64,000 bases of DNA from contig CBFFSA010000007.1 in the NCBI GenBank assembly GCA_965644495.1, forward strand, positions 744,001-808,000, in the 5' to 3' direction. Positions 10,166-21,244 of the stretch are shown here, piece by piece (within the stretch, counting starts at the first letter, position 1; every line of letters begins with the position of its first letter). The notes beneath the pieces are model-generated. The model was not told the DNA's origin. It ran no database searches and saw only the letters and a list, made by a program, of their open reading frames with translations. Source of the DNA: Perkinsela sp. CCAP 1560/9 (Eukaryota > Protista > Euglenozoa: Kinetoplastea). The position numbers were made by a program, and so were the translations under genes.

Positions 10166-12178
10166 CTATATCGGAGGTTTTACCGGACCTGTTCCCTTCG
10201 GAAAAACTCTCATCCCAGATAATTTCTGCTTAGGATCAGTAATACCCAAATAATCACCAAAAGTTTGATTTTCGGGGCGCTTCTTTCCTCTCTTCTTTTC
10301 CTTGTAATCCTCGAGAAGTTCTTTCATAATTTTTTCCCGACGATTTTTATTCATTAAAAGAAAAGCACGCTCCTGGTCTTCTGTGGCCTGCATAGATTCA
10401 GTGCCCATTTTACGAGGATCACGATGAAAGCCTTCCCAGTCCAAGTGTTCTGCGACCTCCAGATCACTTTCAAAACTCGTTTTCGATGTCATAGGAGATT
10501 CAGTATGAAGGGCATCCTCGGTTCCCTGAGTGACAACATACTGTTGTGCCACATGTGTGGAAACGGTACCTGGAACATGAGGTCCTTTCTCTCTTTGAGC
10601 TCCAGAGGAATAATCACCTGGGCGTCCCATAAATGCGTCTTGTCTCGAGGTACCCATCTGTCCAGGCAGTGAAGCTGGATAATACGGGGGAAGGACATCG
10701 CTCTCACCATCTTTTTCCATCATCTCAGTGTCGGCATCTCGCTTTCGTTCCGCCTCCTCCTCGACAAGCTTGTCCCAGCGACGTTCTTTGGCACCGGAGT
10801 GTACTTGCTCCACATATTTTAGAAACTGTCCCCCATCAAAGTTCCACGGCAATGACACAGTATGCTTTTCCCAGTCAATTTCCAATGGACCAAGTAAAAA
10901 AGTCACCTCGTTCCAGTCATACGACGCGAGAGAGCCAGATATGGCTTGTAGCTCACGAGCCCATAACATTCTTTGCTCATACGTACAATCCGTGACAAAG
11001 GCATCCACCCCGGCTGGATTTACTGTCGAGCGGAACTCCCTCAGACAATTTGTGGTTTGTTGAAGCATTGTTTTTGCAATAACAAATACTTCGCGACAGC
11101 GAGAAATGGAATTGTCTGCTTGACAGCGCTCCAAAAAGTCGCTCAGCGACTTCGAGGTCAAGTTGTAGGGCACTATGATCACCCCGTTTTTGCGAAAGCC
11201 ATAAAAACCGGAAATTTCAATGGATAACTTTTCCACTCCAGCGAGACGTAAAGTTTCAACCGAATCAAGCAAGGTGGACAGCGCTTCAAGTGAATTTACG
11301 TGTGGACAGGATATTATGACATCGTCTAAATCGCATGAGTTGCAAAGAGAAGTTATTTCTTGCTCAATACGACGCGCGAGGTCAGTTAATTTTTTGTGCT
11401 CCACATGGATCTCGTCGTGCCTTTCAATTAAAATCTTCTCTACAAATTCGTCCGGATTGAAATCCCACGGAACTGAAATCGTACCGGCCATGTCGGTGCT
11501 GACGCCATATCTCTGGCTTATTAAAAGAGGAATTTCGTACCATAAATTGTAGCGCATTCGAGGTAAATTATCTCGTAGTGTAGTGATCGCAAAAGCACAT
11601 TGCTTTGGTGATATTTCACGGGAGAAAAAGATTAGATCTGCTTCTACCAAATCATCTACTGCTGGTATAGACTCACGATACCACGTTTCCGAAAGGCTCT
11701 CGCTGGTTTCCTCCATCAGAGTGCGCACAGGAGTTTCCTTGCCACGGGGCCGCAGTTGCCGGCGTGCCGTTTCAAGCCGCTCAGCAGCCACATCCTGTGA
11801 ATGAGAGGCCTCACCAGCTTCACGATCCAAACACTGGGCTTTTACCAACAACTCTCGGAGAAATGCGTTGATGGATCGCTCCGCCACTCCTTTGTAGGCG
11901 TCGCTTGTGTGAAAAGGCTTCGGAAGCAGAAAAGTACTCTGTACCTCCCCTCCGCCGGATCCATCATCTTCCACTTTGAGATGAAAAGCAATTTTTAGAT
12001 TTGGCGCTGGTGGGGGTCGAAGAATTCCATTCTTGAAAGATTTCCCCCATTCTAAAAGTTCATTCAGTTGAGCGACGCTTCGTTCGTTGGCTCTTTGCCA
12101 TGCAGCATTGCGAGAGAAGAAGTCAGGATGCACCTTTAGAAAAAACTGGTGAAGAGACTTTTTGTACACACTCTGCAT
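10166..12178 (-). CDS. TCAIM-like mitochondrial protein (DUF4460/DUF4461-like)
   Basis: N-terminal J-like motif LHQFFLKVHPDFF..NERSVAQLN and repeated 'G.I.vPWdF' units. Confidence 0.7.
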   Translation of the reverse strand: MQSVYKKSLHQFFLKVHPDFFSRNAAWQRANERSVAQLNELLEWGKSFKNGILRPPPAPNLKIAFHLKVEDDGSGGGEVQSTFLLPKPFHTSDAYKGVAERSINAFLRELLVKAQCLDREAGEASHSQDVAAERLETARRQLRPRGKETPVRTLMEETSESLSETWYRESIPAVDDLVEADLIFFSREISPKQCAFAITTLRDNLPRMRYNLWYEIPLLISQRYGVSTDMAGTISVPWDFNPDEFVEKILIERHDEIHVEHKKLTDLARRIEQEITSLCNSCDLDDVIISCPHVNSLEALSTLLDSVETLRLAGVEKLSIEISGFYGFRKNGVIIVPYNLTSKSLSDFLERCQADNSISRCREVFVIAKTMLQQTTNCLREFRSTVNPAGVDAFVTDCTYEQRMLWARELQAISGSLASYDWNEVTFLLGPLEIDWEKHTVSLPWNFDGGQFLKYVEQVHSGAKERRWDKLVEEEAERKRDADTEMMEKDGESDVLPPYYPASLPGQMGTSRQDAFMGRPGDYSSGAQREKGPHVPGTVSTHVAQQYVVTQGTEDALHTESPMTSKTSFESDLEVAEHLDWEGFHRDPRKMGTESMQATEDQERAFLLMNKNRREKIMKELLEDYKEKKRGKKRPENQTFGDYLGITDPKQKLSGMRVFPKGTGPVKPPI

Positions 12179-12467
12179 TGGAAGCTAAATTCCAGAGCAT
12201 GGGAGCAACGCTATGAAAAAGGCATTCATGAGCAAAAGTGCGTTTAGTCGCAAACTAATCTATTTTCTAAGACGACTAGTTGTTTGACTCTCAAAATAAA
12301 TATTGGCCTCTTATCTTTTACCTTCGTCTAAGGTAAATAGCATAAAAAATAAGAAAAATTTCATTTTCAAGCTCTTTTTTCATATCCCCCTGCAGACATG
12401 TACGAGAAGAAAACGACAAATTACAATTACTCCGAGCCTTCAACCCTCGTACTATCACTGCACGCAT

Positions 12468-14894
12468 TCAGTGTTTGTCGCTAGCAGCTAAGACCTCTAT
12501 CCCAAGTTCTTTGGCTCTTTCACTCAGTTGTTGATCATTCGTAACCAATATAATTTTCGGTGCGAACGGAGAGCTTGGCATTTTTTCGGATATTTGCAGC
12601 GTGCCATTCAAGGGAGAATGGCACAAGTCCTGGTGAAACAACACGTATTTGATGTATGTGGAGATACATAATAGTTGAGTATCTATTGACCAGTCACCCT
12701 GAACCACCCGCGGCCACATACATCGCGTGGGAATCTCTTGCGAAAGCGCAAGAAAAGCAATGGGCGGGGGAGTTACGCCCGGGTTTGTAGTCAAGACCGT
12801 TTTTGCAGGGGTACTTTTCAACTTCGACTCGGAAGGTTGCACCCAACCATGCATATGCAAGTTCATGCTTATTCTTGACAATCGACATAGTTTGCACCAA
12901 ATTTTCCAAAAGTGTTGCCTCAAACGCTTTGAATGAAATATTTTGTTTCTAGTTGATCTACAAAGTGAGCGTACCTCTCTCGCCACACTAAAGGGGACTA
13001 AAATTACGGTGCCTTCAGTATCGGATAGGATGTGGTCCAAATTGATCCGTTTCCACTTTGATTGGGGCATTTTTGCAGAAACGTGCTCTTGAGTATTTTC
13101 ATTTTCCCTGCTAACTAGGTGTGGCTTGAGCCTTAAACCCTTCCCCGAGGTTTTTGCATTGAAGCTTAGTATAATACTAGAATCAAGAATCAATATTTTC
13201 AAATGTCGCGCTTCACCCGTCTCCTGGGGGCGGAACAATGAGCCTTGTGCCTTGTAGTTTGATTCTTGCTCAGTTCCAGGGGTGACCTGTTTCGCTGAGC
13301 TGCGCAGATCCGTTCTCAATGCAGCGTTTAGGGTATAGCACTCTGGGTCATATTTCTCGGTGAGAAGATTCGTGCGGTTGTACCAACTACAGCATGGCCG
13401 GGTACCTGAGATGGAAGGAAGGTTCATAAATGAATGATTCAATATGCTAGAAATGTGGCGCACAGACTTGTTGCGACCACGAAGCAGATTCCAAAAGGTT
13501 TTAGATGTGAGTCGACTATTTATGATGTAGCCAGAACGATTCGAAATCATATTTAAATCAATTTTGCATACGAGAGGAGCGTAAAATGAGTAGAGCTTCT
13601 GGGCCAAACGAATAAGAATCGTGAGTGAACTTGAGCTAAGCGGGAGCGTAAAGCGATTTCCGTCGTAGAAACTATTCGGACGATCAATTAGTTTCATCAC
13701 GTGCTTTAGTACGGCTCGGTGAGGTTTTAATTCCCCTGCGGTACGATGCCTGCATACTTTGAGTGCCAAAACAATGTCGACCGAGATCAGCGATACCCAT
13801 AAGGGGGTATTCGAAAACAAATGTCTTATCTGACCTGCAGGTGCAGAAACGTTTGTATCAAAAGATGATTTGCGATCGAGGATTTCTACATAGTTGGTTG
13901 CGGAGACTTCGGCATACAACGTTAATGCAGTGCACCAATGATTAAAAGCTTCTTTTCGAACATTTTCTAAATATTCGACTTCTCCGAGGTGGGCTGGTAG
14001 TTGAGTTTCCTGACTGCTGTTTCTATTACCTTGTCTGCAAGATGACTTCAATTCAAATGACTTCATCGCACCGAGAAACACTCCACGGTGCGCTATTGGG
14101 CATTGCCGAGAAAATATTTCAAAGGCATCAGTCCACCGAGGCATTAGTTGAGTAAGGAGAGATATCAGTTGTACTTCAGTTTGGCACGTTTTGTTCTCAA
14201 AGGCGCGTCGCAATTTTAAACTTGAGGATCGTTCCTTCCATATGTCCAAACCGATAACCCAAGCGTTTTTGCAGTGGCAGAGAACCTGATGAAGAATCTC
14301 GGGCGCTGCTACAAAACGACGAAAGTGTCGATTTAAGTAAACCAAAATAGGAGCCGACGGCGTATCTATGTTTTCCAGGAGTGGAACTAAGCTAGAGGCT
14401 CCACACGCCATACATTTCCGTCGAATCGCATCGTGCACGCTCAAAGCGATGATCCACGTTTGGATGCCCTTTGCTTCACTTTCCTTTTGGGGACATAAAA
14501 AATTTTCATCAGCGTTTGGAAGAGCAGTTTCCTGTACTGCACGGTAGGAAGGTTTGAGATTATTATTCAAGTAGCGAAAAATAAGTTGAATGCTGCGAGA
14601 AAGTAAGGCCTGCTCTTTAATGTCAGTCAAATGCGAACAAAGCGTACTGCTTGTAGTCCCCATGAAATTTTGTTTCTGTGGGTTCCATTGGGCCCCTGGT
14701 ATTGAAGTACCAAAGCTGGAGGCGCCGACGAATCCTGGCTTGTAGATCAAGCGCTTTCTATTAAAGCTTGAGCTCAGTGACAAAGTAGGAGTAGATGAAG
14801 TGCGATGGAATTGAAGCACAACTTCAAGGGCCTGAATCCACCCATTGTTGGACAAACAAGCTTTAACTTCCTGTTGGATTAGTTTTGCTGCCAT
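12468..14894 (-). CDS. Helical-repeat protein with C-terminal PIN-like nuclease domain
   Basis: C-terminal ILILDSSII..VILVPFSVAREV..IDTQLL..IILVTNDQQLSERAKELGI is a PIN signature; N-terminal W-x-x-A-L repeats. First ATG at 14894. Confidence 0.65.
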   Translation of the reverse strand: MAAKLIQQEVKACLSNNGWIQALEVVLQFHRTSSTPTLSLSSSFNRKRLIYKPGFVGASSFGTSIPGAQWNPQKQNFMGTTSSTLCSHLTDIKEQALLSRSIQLIFRYLNNNLKPSYRAVQETALPNADENFLCPQKESEAKGIQTWIIALSVHDAIRRKCMACGASSLVPLLENIDTPSAPILVYLNRHFRRFVAAPEILHQVLCHCKNAWVIGLDIWKERSSSLKLRRAFENKTCQTEVQLISLLTQLMPRWTDAFEIFSRQCPIAHRGVFLGAMKSFELKSSCRQGNRNSSQETQLPAHLGEVEYLENVRKEAFNHWCTALTLYAEVSATNYVEILDRKSSFDTNVSAPAGQIRHLFSNTPLWVSLISVDIVLALKVCRHRTAGELKPHRAVLKHVMKLIDRPNSFYDGNRFTLPLSSSSLTILIRLAQKLYSFYAPLVCKIDLNMISNRSGYIINSRLTSKTFWNLLRGRNKSVRHISSILNHSFMNLPSISGTRPCCSWYNRTNLLTEKYDPECYTLNAALRTDLRSSAKQVTPGTEQESNYKAQGSLFRPQETGEARHLKILILDSSIILSFNAKTSGKGLRLKPHLVSRENENTQEHVSAKMPQSKWKRINLDHILSDTEGTVILVPFSVAREVRSLCRSTRNKIFHSKRLRQHFWKIWCKLCRLSRISMNLHMHGWVQPSESKLKSTPAKTVLTTNPGVTPPPIAFLALSQEIPTRCMWPRVVQGDWSIDTQLLCISTYIKYVLFHQDLCHSPLNGTLQISEKMPSSPFAPKIILVTNDQQLSERAKELGIEVLAASDKH

Positions 14895-15171
14895 GGGTCT
14901 CTTTACTGCTTCCCAAACGACCAAAAAACATTAGTTGCCGATTTTTTCGTCGTATGGTCCGACAATGTATTCACGAAAAGAAATCCGAAAAAATACTTCC
15001 ACTCTCACCTGAACCCCAAGTACATGAAATAAAAAATTCACGAAATAAAAAAAATCAGCAAGGAGATGTATCGCGGAGAACGAGAGTCGTGTCTGTTTAC
15101 GTGGAACACGATTTTATGATTCACATAACTTTAACAATACGCTTGGACTAAAAATAAACCACCACGCTATC

Positions 15172-16401
15172 CTACCCCAAAGGTCTTTGTAAGGATCCCA
15201 CAGGCGCCGACGGTTTTTGTGACTTCCACCCCAGCGTACGTTTGCCTCCAGTAAATTTCCTCCACCGCGTGTACCGCAATCCGCCATACATCACCTGATT
15301 CGGCCACCGTAGCATACGTTCCAGCTGTCGCGTGTCATAGAGCTGCCGTGCCTGTTTCATCCCACCTAGAAACACGCCATCCACAAAGAGCATACAACTC
15401 TCCCCGTGGTGTCCCTTACGCAGCCTGTGAAGCACAGATTGCCTCATGGTATCTAAAACCTCCGAAGAAGGAGAGGTATTACCCTCTGTAATCATATCTT
15501 TCTCGCCTATACTCGTATCCCTCCCCTCAGAACGATAATCCGACGCAGTCACAACCCCCTGGGCTAGATCACGCACCTGATTTGAGGAAGGTACCACCAG
15601 CACCGGGGTGCCGTTATTTCTCGTTTGCTCCAGATCTTCTAGCATCCTCTTCAACTCCTCATCCAAATCTAGCACCGCCGGAACCACACGATGTCGAACA
15701 ATCCACGAACGCACCCGGTCCGCATCTTCCCGGGAACCGGCTCCAGAACACAGCACCACCACGCGGGAAGCCGTAACGAGCTGTTTTGCAAACCGCTCCA
15801 CATGATCCTCCCACACCACCTCCGGCGTACCCCGGGTAACGACGGGACCGGAATCCTCCGTCTCGCACATCTGCAGCTCCACAAACTCCCGTGTCTTTCC
15901 CGCATCAATCGCACGTCGTAGTGCCGCGACGGCCTTCTCTAAACCCGTCGACCCACACAAACGCTCCCCGGTTTCTTGTTTCATCGAGGAAGCCACCCCT
16001 TGATCTTCCCCGATTGGATCCTCTAACTTCGTCGCGGTCGTCGTCGTCGTAGAGCCGCAACATGGCTCCTTCTCCTTCTCTTGTGGGGTCTTACCCGTCT
16101 CTCCCTCTTTCTCCTGTGGACTCTTGTTGTTAAGAAAAACCTCCAGCTGTTTGTGAATGCCTTTACGGGTACGGTGCGGGCTCTTGTGTCCAAGGGAGAG
16201 GGCTACGTCGGAGGGGGGGATACCGAGGAAGGTGGCCAGCGCGTGGCGGTACTCCACACGGAGACGGGAGCGGTACTGGGCGAAGGAGAGGATGAAGTCG
16301 GGGCGGGGCGCGGTGTGGAGGTGGTGGTTGTGTTCGAGGAGCACGCGACGGAGGGTCTCGGGGCGGATGAGGAGGGGACGGAGGGGGGTGGGGGAAAGCA
16401 T
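15172..16401 (-). CDS. Protein with glutaredoxin-like C-terminal domain
   Basis: LFVDGVFLGGMKQARQLYDTRQLERML resembles the glutaredoxin C-terminal motif; no CxxC seen. Confidence 0.5.
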   Translation of the reverse strand: MLSPTPLRPLLIRPETLRRVLLEHNHHLHTAPRPDFILSFAQYRSRLRVEYRHALATFLGIPPSDVALSLGHKSPHRTRKGIHKQLEVFLNNKSPQEKEGETGKTPQEKEKEPCCGSTTTTTATKLEDPIGEDQGVASSMKQETGERLCGSTGLEKAVAALRRAIDAGKTREFVELQMCETEDSGPVVTRGTPEVVWEDHVERFAKQLVTASRVVVLCSGAGSREDADRVRSWIVRHRVVPAVLDLDEELKRMLEDLEQTRNNGTPVLVVPSSNQVRDLAQGVVTASDYRSEGRDTSIGEKDMITEGNTSPSSEVLDTMRQSVLHRLRKGHHGESCMLFVDGVFLGGMKQARQLYDTRQLERMLRWPNQVMYGGLRYTRWRKFTGGKRTLGWKSQKPSAPVGSLQRPLG

Positions 16402-16518
16402 GGCGGGAGGGGGGAAGGTCCGGTAGGGGGAAAAGGGGGAGGGGCGGGGGGTAGAGTAACAAGGCGATAAGGGGTCGTGTCGAGAGTTAGGTTCTGTTAT
16501 AGTATATTTTAAATGATA

Positions 16519-17750
16519 CGGTCGACACCCCGCTAATAGACCCCCGCTACTAGGGACTCTTTTTCGCTATTGCGGCAGTATTCTTCCACATTCTGCCCAG
16601 CGCATGGGATTTGCCCCTTGGTGACGTAGTTATTAGCTGAAGCTGCCTTGTGCCCACTTTTGCTTTGTGAAAACACTTTTTTGGGTTTGGCGTTCTATAC
16701 AGCCACCAATTTCCGGGGCGGTCTAAAATTTGTGTCGTATGAGTTTTTGACCTAATTCCTTTGGCATTCAACAGATCTCGAAATTTTAAGCTGTTTTGCG
16801 GTATAAATAAAGGTAGATTCCATGTTATCCCATATGACCCACTTCATCTGCCTTGACCTCCGGTGCCTGTCACTCAAAGTCATTTTGAACCGTGCGAAAC
16901 TGTGGTCGTGCAATAATTAGAAATGTACGGTTATAGTTTTCTCTCAAGGAAGCGAAAGAAAGGGGAAGGAGTCTCCTTCCCCTTCTCCTTCAAGGAGAAC
17001 ATTTCTCATATCCCACAAACCTTTCGAGGACAAACGGGTTTAAATAAACATAACCAAACATTTTCAAGTATAAGGAGGGATAGGTTCCAAGCCTATGGAT
17101 GGATTCCGCTTTTATACATCGGCATCGAGATGCGAGTACTACGAAAAATTAGTCGAAGAAGGGCAACAGGCATGGCCACGGATCTCTCTAAATTCAGAAC
17201 CTTCAACGTTCTAATCTGTCAGTACGAAAGTCCCCTTCCAGCCACAAGTAGTTTTTCAAACGGCGACCACAAAGAAGGGCCGAGAAATTGTGGTAAAATG
17301 ATTTTCGTCAATGTGATAATGCTTTCGTGGAATCGCAGTTGATGAATCGAAGCGCACACGCGATCGCCACAAGAAAAGGCGCGAGATTGTAGCGCCTTTC
17401 ACATCCGCTTTCACAAGCGGATCAATTTGAGATAAGGCAATTGCGTCTCTTCGATTGGATTTCAATGATGCCCGAAAGTAATGGAACGAAATGCCGAGAG
17501 AAAATCTCAAATCTTCAGACCAGAGTAATGGAAGGAAATGCCAAATCTTCGGACATGGAGTCTAGTAATTTGAAAGACGATAACTTTAAGAGATTAATAG
17601 TCAATGCCTCTATAATAAGGTGGGATTCAACACTTGATGAAAGCAATAAAAAATATCTGAATGAAAACGAAATTCGAGGAACATGAACACAAAAAATACC
17701 GCGGCAACGCTAATAGGGGCGGGGCTACCGGAGCAACGCTAGGATAAGGG
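16519..17750. mobile_element. Possible degraded DNA-transposon remnant
   Basis: TA|CGGTCGACACCCCGCTAATAG terminus-like sequence with repeated CGCTAATAG motifs at 16530 and 17707; only short broken ORFs between them. No matching right TIR found. Confidence 0.25.
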
Positions 17751-17761
17751 AGCATGTCTAA

Positions 17762-18604
17762 TCACACGAGACCCCATACTAAGCCAAACAAACGCAAAAT
17801 AAGACAAATGAGAACAACAGCAACTACCCACGTAAGACGCGGGAGATGCACGAGAGACGTTGAGCTCTGTTGAGCTCTGTAATTCCGTGAGAGGGGACGA
17901 AGGTCTCGGAAGGGCGTTGCTTCCTTACGTGGAAGCTGGGTGTACGGGGAAGTACCGACCGGTGTGGTAGGGAGTTTTGAGGCCACACGTGTATCTCCGG
18001 GGCGAATGCGAGCATAAGTCGGCAACCGCTCCATACAGGGAGAAGCAAGCCCCTCTTGTGAGGGGGAGGCTGGGGGTATGCGAAACGGCGAAGGTTTTGT
18101 GTTAGGCAAAGGGGATTTTTCGGGAATTTCATCGGAAAAATCGGTGGGGGCGGATAAGATTGCAGTGCTAGCGTGTTGTTCCACGCTCTCCGAAATAACG
18201 GAATTAGTGACTTCACCTTTGCGTTGCTTACGACGTTCTTGCATATCTTGTAATTTCTTCCACAAATTCTCGTATCGTGCGGGTTTGGTGGTTGCAGGAG
18301 GTGACTCGTAGGAAAGCTTTCGCGAGATTGTCTCGGTAGAGGGAGGCTTCTGCTCACTTGAATCTACGAGAAAGGCAGGCGTTTCAGTGCGACGGGCTTC
18401 ATTCGAGATTCTATTGTGGAACTCGTCTTCAATGATTTGGGGTTCATCGGAAGATGAAACTTCATGAATTACGGTAATTTTTTCATGGCTTCGCTTTGCT
18501 GGAGAGTTTGTAGGGGATAAAATTTGCATTTCCTCTTCCTTAGATAGCTTTCGCACTGAACTGCGATTGCGAGGACCTTTATTAAAATAGGTGAATCCAG
18601 GCAT
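17762..18604 (-). CDS. Hypothetical disordered protein with C-terminal transmembrane anchor
   Basis: S/P-rich 280-aa ORF ending LTWVVAVVLICLILRLFGLVWGLV. Confidence 0.65.
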   Translation of the reverse strand: MPGFTYFNKGPRNRSSVRKLSKEEEMQILSPTNSPAKRSHEKITVIHEVSSSDEPQIIEDEFHNRISNEARRTETPAFLVDSSEQKPPSTETISRKLSYESPPATTKPARYENLWKKLQDMQERRKQRKGEVTNSVISESVEQHASTAILSAPTDFSDEIPEKSPLPNTKPSPFRIPPASPSQEGLASPCMERLPTYARIRPGDTRVASKLPTTPVGTSPYTQLPRKEATPFRDLRPLSRNYRAQQSSTSLVHLPRLTWVVAVVLICLILRLFGLVWGLV

Positions 18605-18884
18605 GTGTCTTATGACAGATTAAGATATCTTTCTCTAGTTAATGTTCTCCAATTCAGAGTTATTTATTCTGGTGATGAACAACAAAAACAATCTAGCTAC
18701 AAACGCTTCACGTTCCGAGAGATCTCAATTAAATATTTTATTGTGAAGGAAGTTCTTCAGACCTATCTATATAGCCACATCCGAATCTTGTTACAACCCC
18801 GACTCATGGGGGAAAGAAGTTACGTAGGCACAGCACAAATGAGGCAGAAGGAAGCGAAAAATGTACATTCTTCCCTTGGCATCT

Positions 18885-20222
18885 TTATGGCTTTCCGAGA
18901 ATGCGATTCAAGTTCCCTTCTGGTGGCCCCAGCATGGCTGTGATGGCTTCTTGCACGAGATTACGAAACCATTCGAGTTTTCGAGCGTCGATTCGACGCG
19001 CACAGTTGAGATCGTCTTCGTAAGGATCCTCGAGACACATGTTGAAATGAAAACGTTCCCTCCTCTTCTCCATCCACCGAACATCCTCCCGTCTTCTAAC
19101 TCGATCTTGCGTTAGAGAGATCACCTCGTTTTTCCAATCGAAGGTCGAGTAAAAACGAAAGAACTCAAATATCTGGGATCCAAGTTCTTCGTAATCAACG
19201 AAGTTCGGCCACGGAGTGAAATCTGGGTAACGTGGAAGGTGACAAGCATCGGGGATGCGCCAGGGGTCAAACCACCCCACTTGCCCGGTCCGGAGTAAAT
19301 AGTAGATCCACATAATGGTCATGCCATATGAGGTAAGATTTCCCTTCGCCCCTACACCAAATTCCGTGGCCTTTCCCCATCTTTTAATCGTCATTTGACA
19401 CAAACGAGAGACGGAAGGACCATTTGGGTCGTGCAGGTATTTACGGATCAGATAGCTGTTGCGCACAGCGTAGCCCAGAAAGGTAATATCAAACGAGAAA
19501 CGAAGCAACTCCGGGAGATCGTTTAGATTAGCCACGGCGCGGGAGTAATGTGCCTTCATTGATTTGGTTATAATTCCTGTCTTTCCATCCGGCAACACGC
19601 CAATGCAGCGAAACAGTTGATTTGTGGAAGCAGCAGTAAACGTAAACGTGGTGTTGCCCCCACCCGGGGCATGTTCCGTAAGGGTTTGTTCTAATTCACA
19701 GCCCGCTTTTTTCATCAAGCCCTTGAGCGCACTCTCTTTTTCCGGAGACAGCGCAAAAGCGAAATGAAAGGCTCCGGTACGGGCATTGCGTGCCCTCTCC
19801 CCCGTCAGCGGCATCGCGACAGATTCCAATACCACCGGGCTCGACTGCGCCACGTACTTCACCAGCGGGATGCGTACCATGTCAATGTGTTTAATGTTAC
19901 AGGCGGAGGGAATAGAATATTTGATACGATGGTAAAGCTTGTCGCTCAATTTGGTTGCTAGTTTGGCATCCGGGAGACTCCCTACGCTGTCCAGCACACA
20001 ACTGAGATCCAAATCACTTCCCTTCTCTAAAAGACCCGTGGTGACGACGCTGCCCTCGAGGTAGATGTTCGCGTCCGGAGCCATCTGACGGGCGAGTTCC
20101 TGGGCCTGTTCCTGGGCCTTTAGAACGGTGTCGTATGCACTGCGGGGAAGGAGCCGGGATTGAAGCCGGTTTGCGATGTGGAAGCCCCAACGTTTCCAAT
20201 GTGCGGCGTTGTATTGTGACAT
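18885..20222 (-). CDS. RET2: RNA editing 3' terminal uridylyl transferase 2 (KRET2)
   Basis: GSVVTTG..GSDLDL nucleotidyltransferase motif, a middle-domain insert, and FDITFLGYAVRNSYLIR, LTSYGMTIMWIYYLL, DPW..HLPRYPDF and CLEDPYE, all recognisably collinear with trypanosomal RET2. Confidence 0.9.
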   Translation of the reverse strand: MSQYNAAHWKRWGFHIANRLQSRLLPRSAYDTVLKAQEQAQELARQMAPDANIYLEGSVVTTGLLEKGSDLDLSCVLDSVGSLPDAKLATKLSDKLYHRIKYSIPSACNIKHIDMVRIPLVKYVAQSSPVVLESVAMPLTGERARNARTGAFHFAFALSPEKESALKGLMKKAGCELEQTLTEHAPGGGNTTFTFTAASTNQLFRCIGVLPDGKTGIITKSMKAHYSRAVANLNDLPELLRFSFDITFLGYAVRNSYLIRKYLHDPNGPSVSRLCQMTIKRWGKATEFGVGAKGNLTSYGMTIMWIYYLLRTGQVGWFDPWRIPDACHLPRYPDFTPWPNFVDYEELGSQIFEFFRFYSTFDWKNEVISLTQDRVRRREDVRWMEKRRERFHFNMCLEDPYEDDLNCARRIDARKLEWFRNLVQEAITAMLGPPEGNLNRILGKP

Positions 20223-20536
20223 GGATATCTCAGGAAGACATGAAAAGAGGGTTGGTGGTACGCGATGGGATGGAGTGTATCTGTTCTGTTTGATAAGTAT
20301 CAAAGAAACATTAAAAACCGTACTGTGGTCCCTGTCCCCTTTAATATAAACCACCTGACCCCCCCTCTTTATACTGATCCTTTTTGGCCCCTAGGCCCAC
20401 CGGAAGCCTTTTTCGTTTCGGAAAATTCTCGTTCCGTATAATTTTCGATTCTTGGAGATGATTCTTTTTTTTGCTCAGACCATTATTTTGAGCAAGGTCA
20501 AAATTATTGAAGTGACCACAACCAAAATAGAAAAAT

Positions 20537-21244
20537 TTATGCCGTAGAGCTGGCTGTCGCAGTGGCTCCTATTGCACTTCTTTTCCGTAACATTTGTTGA
20601 TACAACGTTTCCTCTAAAAGTAGCATTTCATGACGAAGCTCTTCTTTTTCGACTTGTAAATTATTGATAGCGTTCTTCGCAGTCTCCAAATCGTTTCGTA
20701 AACAAGCATTTTCTTCTTTGATCTTATCTATTTCCGCCGTCTGGGCTCCGCTATTACCAGTTAAGAGCTCGCTACTTTCTAATAAATTTGTGTCATTCTT
20801 CAGAGACAAAGATACTGTGATACTTTTTTCCGAAGAGTCAAAATTCTGATGTCCAGCAGCATATTCTTTCGAAGAAATACCGAAAGGATTTATCTCATCA
20901 GCGTCCTTGTGGCCCAACTCTTGTCCTTCTGAGCCTTCTAGAAAGTGATCCTCCGAGATGCAGTACTGGTTCGAAACTGCTTCAATGGGAATGCGTTGGT
21001 GGGAGGTCATCGAAGGATCCTTAACGCACGTAATAGAAATGGCACGTTCGATCGGAAGGATATTTTGGAGCCTGGCGATTTTGTATGTAGTGCAAGCATT
21101 ACTCTTCCCGTAAGGTCCGCAATCGCGGTCTTGATACCGAACGAATTTATAGTTCTTTAAGCATTCTTGAACACGATTCGCTTTAGAATAGCGTACAAGA
21201 ATGTCTTTGAGCGCTAACACTGAATTTACTTGTTGCAGGTCCAT
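20537..21244 (-). CDS. Hypothetical protein with C-terminal coiled coil
   Basis: ORF on the cluster strand with heptad-rich C-terminus; first ATG at 21244. Confidence 0.55.
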   Translation of the reverse strand: MDLQQVNSVLALKDILVRYSKANRVQECLKNYKFVRYQDRDCGPYGKSNACTTYKIARLQNILPIERAISITCVKDPSMTSHQRIPIEAVSNQYCISEDHFLEGSEGQELGHKDADEINPFGISSKEYAAGHQNFDSSEKSITVSLSLKNDTNLLESSELLTGNSGAQTAEIDKIKEENACLRNDLETAKNAINNLQVEKEELRHEMLLLEETLYQQMLRKRSAIGATATASSTA

